Origin: Myxococcota bacterium
GTDB lineage: Bacteria > Myxococcota_A > Polyangia > Polyangiales > Sandaracinaceae
Length of the DNA: 13,997 nucleotides
Reading direction: 5' to 3'
NCBI GenBank assembly: GCA_036149055.1
Contig: JAYZQJ010000269.1
Span: 1 to 13,997, forward strand
This document shows, in pieces, positions 7,902 to 13,997 of this stretch. How positions within the stretch are numbered: the first letter of the stretch is position 1; each line of letters opens with the position of its first letter. The position numbers were made by a program, and so were the translations under genes. The notes beneath the pieces are model-generated. The model ran no database searches. It saw nothing but the letters and a program-made list of their open reading frames with translations, and had not been told where the DNA came from.

Positions 7902-7920
7902 TCGGGCGGAGAGGAGCCGC

Positions 7921-8727
7921 GTGGCGCGTTTTCGGCTTCGATACCAGAGCACCGATCTCGAGATGCCGGCGGGCGACTTCGTGGTCGGCCGCTCATCGAG
8001 CTGCCACCTCGCCCTCGACGACGCGCTCGTCTCTCGGCGTCACGCCGTGTTCCACGTCGGCGCCGACTCGGTGAAGGTCGAGGACCTCGGCAGCCGCAAC
8101 GGCGTCCAGGTCAACGGCGAGACCATCAGCGGCCAGCGCGCGCTCTCCCACCTCGACCGCGTGGTGATCGGCGCGCAGGAGCTGCTGCTCGTGCAGGTGC
8201 AGGGCGAGGAGCCGCGCGACCGCGGCAGCCGCCCCACCCTCGCCGGCATGACGCTCGACCTCCCGGTGCTCAACCCGGCGGCGCTCCCCGACGAGCCCAC
8301 CGTGAACCGCTCGGAGTCGGTGCTCGACCGCATCGCCGACAAGGCGCTCGCCCTCGGCCGCTTCGAGGAGGCCGAGCGCATGCTCGGCAAGAAGCTCACC
8401 GCGATGCTCGACGAGGCGAGGGCCGGCAAGCTGCCCTCCGATCAGCGCCTCTTCGCGGCCACCAGCTACGCCCTCAGGCTCGCCGAGGGCACCAAGAAGG
8501 CGGCCTGGCTCGACTGGGTGTTCCAGATCCACGACGCCTCCGACAAGCTCCTCGACGCCGACGCCATCGGTCGCCTGCACGACCTCGTGCGCCGCATCCG
8601 TTACCCGGGCGGCAAGCACTTCAAAGGCTACATGGCGAACCTGCGCGGCCGCGCCGAGAGCCTGTCCCCCAGCCAGCGGTTCCTGCTCCAGCGGCTGGAG
8701 GGGATCGAGCGCGTCGTGGGCGCCTGA
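7921..8727 (+). CDS. FHA domain-containing protein (FHA1)
   Basis: Canonical pThr-binding residues GR, SRRHA and DLGSRNG..VNG. GTG start with GAGGAG RBS; helical C-terminal domain. Confidence 0.92.
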   Translation: MARFRLRYQSTDLEMPAGDFVVGRSSSCHLALDDALVSRRHAVFHVGADSVKVEDLGSRNGVQVNGETISGQRALSHLDRVVIGAQELLLVQVQGEEPRDRGSRPTLAGMTLDLPVLNPAALPDEPTVNRSESVLDRIADKALALGRFEEAERMLGKKLTAMLDEARAGKLPSDQRLFAATSYALRLAEGTKKAAWLDWVFQIHDASDKLLDADAIGRLHDLVRRIRYPGGKHFKGYMANLRGRAESLSPSQRFLLQRLEGIERVVGA

Positions 8728-8730
8728 GCG

Positions 8731-9579
8731 CTAGCCGAGCATCTGCTCGAGCCGCGCCAGCCGCGCGAGGTCCGGGCTCGGCGCCGGCGGCGGGTTCGTC
8801 TTGTACCAGCCCACGTAGCTGTCGAGCACGACCGGCACGTCGGGGAGCGAGCCGAGGTCGATCTCGGCGAGGCGATCGATCACCTCGTCCGAGAGCATCT
8901 TGCCCTGGCGTCGGTGCAGGGTGAGCGCCCAGGCCACCCACTCGCTCCCGCCGACGAGGCGCGCGAGCCGCACCGCGAAGGTGGAGATCATCGAGATGTG
9001 CTCGGTGTCGAGGCGCTCGCCGGCGGAGAGCCGATCGTCGACCTCCTTGGCGGCGCGGCGCATCAGCCGGTCCGCCTCGGCGGCGCGGCCGGTGGAGAGC
9101 GCGCGCTCGATGACCTCGCCCAGGAGCTGGAACGTCCAGTTCCGGCGGGGCTCGACCATCATGCCGCTGACCGTGTCCTCCTCCTCGAGCGCCGGGGCCC
9201 CGCAGTGCGGGCAGCTCGGGCTGCCCTCGGGGTACGGCGTGCCGCAGGAGTGACAGACCCGCATGTAGCCCGTCGGGCGCGCCGGGCGATCCTTGCGCCG
9301 CACCACGCTGAACAGGAGCTCCTGCGTGCCGAGTCGGATCCGGTCGCCGTCGGTGAGCGCGTGCTCGCCGTCGATGGATCGGCCGTTGACCCGGACGCCG
9401 TTCCGGCTCCCGAGGTCGACGATGCTCGCCTCCTGCTCGCGGATCGAGATCTTGGCGTGGCGCCGGGAGATCAGCGGATCCTCGATGGTGATGTGGCAGT
9501 CCGGGCTGCGCCCGAGGACCACCTCCGGACCCACCAGATCGAACTCCTGAAGCAGGAATCGCAGTCGAAAGCGCGGCAA
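8731..9579 (-). CDS. FHA domain-containing protein with Cys4 zinc ribbon (FHA2), paralog of FHA1
   Basis: GRSPDC, SRRHA, DLGSRNGVRVNG, and CHSC-x10-CPHC. A TTG start at 9579 with GGAGAGG RBS gives MPRFRLRF, matching MARFRLRY of FHA1. Confidence 0.9.
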   Translation of the reverse strand: MPRFRLRFLLQEFDLVGPEVVLGRSPDCHITIEDPLISRRHAKISIREQEASIVDLGSRNGVRVNGRSIDGEHALTDGDRIRLGTQELLFSVVRRKDRPARPTGYMRVCHSCGTPYPEGSPSCPHCGAPALEEEDTVSGMMVEPRRNWTFQLLGEVIERALSTGRAAEADRLMRRAAKEVDDRLSAGERLDTEHISMISTFAVRLARLVGGSEWVAWALTLHRRQGKMLSDEVIDRLAEIDLGSLPDVPVVLDSYVGWYKTNPPPAPSPDLARLARLEQMLG

Positions 9580-9599
9580 GACCGTTCCTCTCCACCGGG

Positions 9600-9628
9600 A
9601 GTGTACGGAACTGCGTCTCAGTTTGCGA
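9600..9628 (-). promoter_or_regulatory. Putative promoter of FHA2
   Basis: TCGCAA (weak -35), 17 bp, TACACT. The inverted repeat GAATGG-N6-CCATTC lies just upstream at 9641-9658. Confidence 0.4.
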
Positions 9629-9664
9629 CCACGGAAAAGGGAATGGCTAGAACCATTCGCGGAC

Positions 9665-9698
9665 AAAACGAGAAAGGGCGACGCAACGCGCCGCCCTT
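9665..9698 (-). terminator. Putative intrinsic terminator after the secreted-protein gene
   Basis: Minus strand AAGGGCGGCGC-GTT-GCGTCGCCCTT (11-bp stem, one G-U), followed by TCTCGTTTT. Confidence 0.7.
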
Positions 9699-9721
9699 CC
9701 TTCGAGACGAGGCGAGATGCC

Positions 9722-10708
9722 TCAGAGATCCGAGAGGTCCAGCCCGCCTCCGCCGGAGCCCGAGCCTCTCGCGCCCGACGATCCGGAGGAGCCGGACGAT
9801 CCGGACGCGCCGCGTCCGCGGTCCCCGGTGGAGCCCTCGGGGGCCTGCTGGCGGCGGCGGATCCGGCCGGTGATCCGGTCGGCGATGTCCGCGTTGCCGT
9901 CGGCGGAGCTGCCCGTGTCCCCGTCCTCCGGGAGGAGCACGGAGTCGACGAGCGCGTGTCCGTCGCCCTGGCCCGACTCGATGGTGTTCGTGCGCAGCTG
10001 GTCGAGTCGGCTCAGCGTGCCCTTGTCCTCGAACACCAGGCAGTAGAAGCCGTAGAACCGGGTCTGGTCGATCGCGCGCAGGCGCGTGCTCTCGTCCTGC
10101 CACTCGAGCCAGTGCTCCTGGCGCCCGCCTTCGCCTTCACCCGTGCGCTCGCGGCCCTCGCCGAAGCGCCCCTGCACCGCCGCCGCGAACTGGTCGAAGC
10201 TCTGGCCCTGGAAGACGCTCGCGTCGAACGCCTTGAACCACTTCCAGAGGCGGCCGTTGATGAAGAAGTAGAAGTTCTGCGAGTTCTCGTCGCGGTACAC
10301 GAGCATCGACTCGCGGTTGCCGTGGGTGAACTCGCCGCGCAGGAACGAGAGGTCCCAGCCGGTGCGCTCGCCGTCGAAGCGGACGTAGCTCTCGCGCAGC
10401 CGGCGGATCTCGTCCGACTGCGCGCGCCGGATCCGATCCTCTTCGATCGCGCCCGGCGCCTTCGAGAGGCGCTGGCGGTATCGCTCCTGGATCTGGTTCG
10501 AGAAGTACGTGTGCACCGCACGAGGCTCCATGCCCCAGCGGAGCTCCCCGAGCGCGCCCGCGATGGCGGCGCTGTTGGGAGCCGCCTGCGGCTGCTGCGT
10601 GGCCTGTCGGCGACCACGGCGGCGGCCGCGCTGCGCTTCCACGGAGACGGCGAGCAGGCAGAGCAAGCTCGCGATCACCGTGAGGTTGACGATGGTCTTT
10701 CTCCTCAT
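9722..10708 (-). CDS. Hypothetical secreted/periplasmic protein
   Basis: ATG at 10708 with GGAGG RBS. Sec-type signal MRRKTIVNLTVIASLLCLLAVSVEA|Q, aromatic-rich core (LRWGM, FYFFINGRLWKWFK), Gly/Ser-rich tail. Confidence 0.85.
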   Translation of the reverse strand: MRRKTIVNLTVIASLLCLLAVSVEAQRGRRRGRRQATQQPQAAPNSAAIAGALGELRWGMEPRAVHTYFSNQIQERYRQRLSKAPGAIEEDRIRRAQSDEIRRLRESYVRFDGERTGWDLSFLRGEFTHGNRESMLVYRDENSQNFYFFINGRLWKWFKAFDASVFQGQSFDQFAAAVQGRFGEGRERTGEGEGGRQEHWLEWQDESTRLRAIDQTRFYGFYCLVFEDKGTLSRLDQLRTNTIESGQGDGHALVDSVLLPEDGDTGSSADGNADIADRITGRIRRRQQAPEGSTGDRGRGASGSSGSSGSSGARGSGSGGGGLDLSDL

Positions 10709-10774
10709 GAGGTCCTCCAAGACCCAGCCCGAAAACGTGGGGGCTTGCGCACGAACCCCCGCCGGCGCCCGGGG

Positions 10775-10803
10775 AGCATATCCGTGGCCGGACGCCCCCT
10801 CAA
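10775..10803 (-). promoter_or_regulatory. Putative sigma70 promoter of the secreted-protein gene
   Basis: TTGAGG (10803-10798), 17 bp, TATGCT (10780-10775). Confidence 0.55.
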
Positions 10804-10844
10804 GCGGGGCTCGACCGACATCGACGCGGCGAAAGCCGAAAGAT

Positions 10845-11795
10845 TCAGCTGACCTGTTCGGACACGCCCGAAGGCTCGTCCTTGGCTCCGCCGAGGCTGC
10901 GTCCCTCGACGTCCAGGAAGAGCAGCGTGCCCCCCGCGACCGCCGCCGGCATGAAGAGCAGGTTCACGAGCGGGATGAAGAGGAAGAGCCAGACGCCGGT
11001 CCCGAACCCGAGCATCGGGAGGAAATGATCGGTCAGCAGGCCGAAGCGGTAGGTGATCGATCGGTTCCGCCGCGAGGCGGGCCAGTCGAGGTAGTCCACC
11101 GCGAAGTAGAGGGCGGTGAAGAGGAACGCGAAGATCGAGTAGATCACGTGCCCCACCGCCGGCAGGAGCTGCGCCAGCAGGAACAGCGGGATCATCACCG
11201 CCGCGTAGATCACGAGCTTCAGCAGCTCGAGCCCCATCGTGCGCACCGTGTCGCGGAAGATCACCTTCCAGGAGAAGGGGGGCCCCGCGCGCCCGGTCAG
11301 CAGCCGCTCGACCTCCTCGCTGAGGAAGTCGTTGAAGGGCGCGGCGACGACGTTGGTGAGCATCACGACGGTCAGCAGCCCGACCGCCCACAGCATCAGG
11401 AGCACCAGGACCTCGAGCGCGGAGTGCGCCCAGTGGCCCGCCTCGGCCCAGAACCCGGGCTCGAGCGTGACGACGAGGAGCTTGTCGCGCGGCTTGTCCT
11501 TGAGGCTCTCGAGCGCCACCGCCTTCACCGCGTCGGCGGCCTCGGTGGGATCGAGCCAGATCCAGTCGGTGACCGCCTCGTGCGCGGCCCAGCCGCCCCA
11601 GAGGGCGCCGGTGAGGAGCACGAAGGTGATCAGGATCGGCACGATCCAGAAGCGCGCGAGCTTCGGGTGCTGGAAGAAGACCAGCTTCGCGCCCTTGAAC
11701 GGGTAGGCGAGGCCGCGCCAGAAGCCGACCACCGCCCCCTTCGGGAGCGCGACCGCCTTGCCCGCCACCGTCTTCGCGCCGTCCTTCAGTCCCAT
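10845..11795 (-). CDS. EI24/CysZ-family integral membrane protein
   Basis: Several hydrophobic helices and family-typical motifs (FWIVPILI, NVVAAPFNDFLSEEVE, VDYLDWPASRR, FIPLVNLLFMPAAVAGGT). GGGGAG RBS. Confidence 0.85.
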   Translation of the reverse strand: MGLKDGAKTVAGKAVALPKGAVVGFWRGLAYPFKGAKLVFFQHPKLARFWIVPILITFVLLTGALWGGWAAHEAVTDWIWLDPTEAADAVKAVALESLKDKPRDKLLVVTLEPGFWAEAGHWAHSALEVLVLLMLWAVGLLTVVMLTNVVAAPFNDFLSEEVERLLTGRAGPPFSWKVIFRDTVRTMGLELLKLVIYAAVMIPLFLLAQLLPAVGHVIYSIFAFLFTALYFAVDYLDWPASRRNRSITYRFGLLTDHFLPMLGFGTGVWLFLFIPLVNLLFMPAAVAGGTLLFLDVEGRSLGGAKDEPSGVSEQVS

Positions 11796-11838
11796 CGGCT
11801 CCCCTCGCGTACGTATCGCGGGAGGAGGCTATTTTCAA

Positions 11839-13494
11839 TCAGGCCGACCGCGCGACGAGGGCCTCCGAGACCACCGACGCCGGCCGCTCCGCCTCGAGGG
11901 CCGCCCGGAGGTGCGCGCCGAGGCGCGTCGAGAGGGCCATGATCATCAGCGTCGGGTGCGCGGTGCCGCCGGTGGGGAAGACCGAGCCGCCGGCCACGAA
12001 CACGCCGGGCGCGTCGAACACCTCGCCGTCCGGGTCGACCACGCCGTGGCGCGGATCGGTGGCCATGCGCGTCGTGCCCATCGGGTGGGCGTGATCGACG
12101 AAGGCCTCCCGCCAGTCGCCCTCCCCGCGGGTCCACGGGCTCGGCGTGGGGCGCGGGAGCCCGAGCCGCGGCAGCTCCCGGTCGAGCACCTCCAGCATGG
12201 CCAGCGCCGCGTCCCGCTCGCGCGCGTCGGCCCGCCAGTCCACCCGCACCGTGGGCACTCCGAGCGCGTCGACCTGCTCGCTCAGCGTCACGCGGCTGTC
12301 GGCCGAGGGGATCTGTTCCGGGTTGCAGACGAGCGCGAGCCGGCGGAGCGGCAGCTGCTCGGGGCGATGGCGCGCCCGGCGCATCGCGGCCCGCACGATC
12401 TCGCCCGGTCGCCGGAGCACGTTGAGCGCGTCCCACGCCCGATCGAGCGTGCCGCCTCCCCCGCGGGTCAGCCGCCGGAGCGAGAGCCACCCGGCGTCCT
12501 CGCGAGGCTCCGCGAGCAGGTAGGCGGCCGCGTTCGGGAGCCGCCGCCGCACCTGCATGCGCTCCGAGAGCGCGACCCCGGCGGCGTAGACGTGCCTCCC
12601 CCGGTGGTCGTCGAGCCAGTAGTGCCCGAAGCGATCGAGCAGCCGCGGCGCCACCTCGACCGGCCAGGTGCCGAGCACCGGCGAGGGATGATCGAGCAGG
12701 TAGCGCCCGACCAGCCCGTGCGTGTTGCCCAGCCCTTCGGGCCTGCGCTCCCGGGACGCGAGCAGCAGCCGCGCGTTCTCGATCGCGCCGCACGCCAGCA
12801 CCACCCGCGGGGCGCGGACCCACAGCTTCCGCCCCCCGAGCGACGAGGCCCGCACGCCCACCGCGCGGCCGCTCTCCGAGGTGAGCAGCGAGGTCGCGTT
12901 GGCGTGAAGATAGACCGTCAACTTGCGCGCGGTCTCCAGCCGAGGCCAGAGCTCGCGGGCCGCGTTCACGTACCCGCCGTCCGGCGAATGACTCCACTGC
13001 CAGAGCTGCGTCCGCAGGGTCGCCGGGTCCAGCTCGGGCCGCGGTCGCGGCACCCCGAAGAGAGGCCACGCGTGCCCGAGGTCTCGCTCGAAGAGCGGCC
13101 CGAGCCGCAGCAGCTTCGCGGCCGCCCGGAGGTGAGGAGAGACCGCGTCGGGCCCGAACGGCCAGCCCGAGCCGGGGACCCAGGGCCGGCGCGCGAAGTC
13201 CACGGGATCGAAGGTGGCGCAGCGCCCCGACCAGGCGGTCGACGAGCCCCCGAAGACGCGGACGCGCCGCTCGGCCCCGGCCTGCGCGAAGGGGAGCCCC
13301 ACCGACTCGAGCGCATAGAGCGCCTGCGTCTCCGGCTCCCGCGCCCGCCCTCCCCCCTCGAGCACGACCACGCGTTTGCCGCTCCGCGCCACCTCGAGCG
13401 CGACCGCCACCCCCGCCGGACCGCTCCCCACGATGCACACGTCCGCGTCGACGACGAGATCCCCCGCCGCGTCCCCCAAGTCCCGCGTCTCCAT
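11839..13494 (-). CDS. GMC family FAD-dependent oxidoreductase
   Basis: DVCIVGSGPAG..LEGG dinucleotide fold, FGGSSTAWSG, VLACGAIENARLLL, VGRYLLDHP, catalytic HPMGTTRM, FPTGGTAHPTL. Confidence 0.92.
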   Translation of the reverse strand: METRDLGDAAGDLVVDADVCIVGSGPAGVAVALEVARSGKRVVVLEGGGRAREPETQALYALESVGLPFAQAGAERRVRVFGGSSTAWSGRCATFDPVDFARRPWVPGSGWPFGPDAVSPHLRAAAKLLRLGPLFERDLGHAWPLFGVPRPRPELDPATLRTQLWQWSHSPDGGYVNAARELWPRLETARKLTVYLHANATSLLTSESGRAVGVRASSLGGRKLWVRAPRVVLACGAIENARLLLASRERRPEGLGNTHGLVGRYLLDHPSPVLGTWPVEVAPRLLDRFGHYWLDDHRGRHVYAAGVALSERMQVRRRLPNAAAYLLAEPREDAGWLSLRRLTRGGGGTLDRAWDALNVLRRPGEIVRAAMRRARHRPEQLPLRRLALVCNPEQIPSADSRVTLSEQVDALGVPTVRVDWRADARERDAALAMLEVLDRELPRLGLPRPTPSPWTRGEGDWREAFVDHAHPMGTTRMATDPRHGVVDPDGEVFDAPGVFVAGGSVFPTGGTAHPTLMIMALSTRLGAHLRAALEAERPASVVSEALVARSA

Positions 13495-13602
13495 GCTGCC
13501 CCCCCCGGTCGAGGCCAGTTACGCACTCCAATCGGCCGAGCAATGTGCTCCGTGCGCGCCGCAGCACCTACCCGAGCGTGAGACCCAGAACACACCCTCG
13601 TT

Positions 13603-13759
13603 CCGAGCCCGAGCCCGAGCCCGAGTCCGAGCCCGAGTCCGAGCCCGAGCCCGAGTCCGAGTCCGAGGCCGAGGCCGAGTCCGACGCCGAGCCCGAGCCC
13701 GAGTCCGAGTCCGGAGCCCGAGCCCGAGCCCGAGTCCGACGCCGAGTCCGTGCCCGACT
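13603..13759. repeat. Hexanucleotide tandem repeat, consensus CCGAG(C/T), 26 units
   Basis: Units counted by hand. Variants are CCGAGG, CCGACG, CCGTGC and CCGACT, plus one 7-nt unit CCGGAGC at 13711-13717. Confidence 0.95.
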
Positions 13760-13780
13760 GCCGGTCCGAACGCAGCTCCT

Positions 13781-13890
13781 CGAGCTCCGACTTCGATGAC
13801 TTGAATAGGATCGTCCCCGAAGCTGCGGCCAGGCGCGAGCTCCGACTTCGATGATTTGAATAGGATCGTCCCCGAAGCTGCGGCCAGGCG
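13781..13890. repeat. Tandem duplication of a 55-bp unit (13781-13835, 13836-13890)
   Basis: CGAGCTCCGACTTCGATGA(C/T)TTGAATAGGATCGTCCCCGAAGCTGCGGCCAGGCG twice, with one mismatch. Confidence 0.95.
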
Positions 13891-13997
13891 ACGAGCGAAG
13901 CGAGGTCGCCGGAAAAACGAACGCAGCCCGGCCAGGCGACGAGCGAAGCGAGGTCGCCGGAAAAACGAACGCAGCCCGCCCAGGCGACGAGCGAAGC
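13881..13997. repeat. Tandem 48-bp hairpin-containing repeat (two full copies and one partial, running off the window)
   Basis: CGGCCAGGCGACGAGCGAAGCGAGGTCGCCGGAAAAACGAACGCAGCC at 13881 and 13929; partial copy at 13977 with one mismatch. Confidence 0.95.

Noticed and set aside
7921..9579. FHA genes as part of a T6SS, T3SS or Tad/Kil cluster
   Set aside because: No ATPase, secretin, sheath, pilin or other structural gene of those systems is in the window.
10845..11795. Gene symbol cysZ and a sulfate-transport function
   Set aside because: Family membership is clear, but there are no cys neighbours and function cannot be assigned from sequence.
614..13581. Long antisense or alternate-frame ORFs (e.g. 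1329..2633, 2630..3769, 5276..6586, 9623..10852, 11758..13581, 11786..13567)
   Set aside because: Shadow ORFs overlapping motif-supported genes. Stop codons are rare at this GC content and no protein motifs are recognisable.
13376..13804. ORFs 13376..13804 and 13545..13799 (RA/RV and EP/ES repeats)
   Set aside because: Both are translations of the hexamer microsatellite, switch repeat phase at the 7-nt unit and lack a convincing RBS.
13781..13997. CRISPR array or integron attC array
   Set aside because: The units are head-to-tail copies with no unique spacers or cassettes, and no cas or integrase gene is present.

Overview
A very GC-rich window that looks myxobacterial (Myxococcota/Polyangiales-like; inferred from gene content and repeat style only). 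It carries 13 credible CDSs and has non-coding repeat mosaics at both ends. Left half, minus strand: an alpha/beta hydrolase, a lipoprotein, then a translationally coupled run trpG-trpD-trpC-extended SDR-small lipase/esterase. trpE, trpF, trpA and trpB are absent. Centre: a mirror-symmetric four-gene block. A bitopic Pro/Gly-rich membrane protein sits behind a perfect TTGACA promoter and a ~170-nt structured leader. Two paralogous FHA proteins follow, converging with only 3 bp between their stops; they share an unrecognised helical C-terminal domain and one has an extra Cys4 zinc ribbon. A secreted hypothetical protein closes the block. Right: a CysZ/EI24-like membrane protein, a GMC oxidoreductase, a 26-unit hexamer microsatellite, and 55-bp and 48-bp tandem repeats containing GCGAAGC mini-hairpins. 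No rRNA, tRNA, CRISPR array, transposase or phage gene is visible. The best candidates for new biology are the convergent FHA pair with its envelope-protein neighbours, the structured leader, and a TrpC whose conserved ESG motif reads MSG. All are hypotheses that need database searches.
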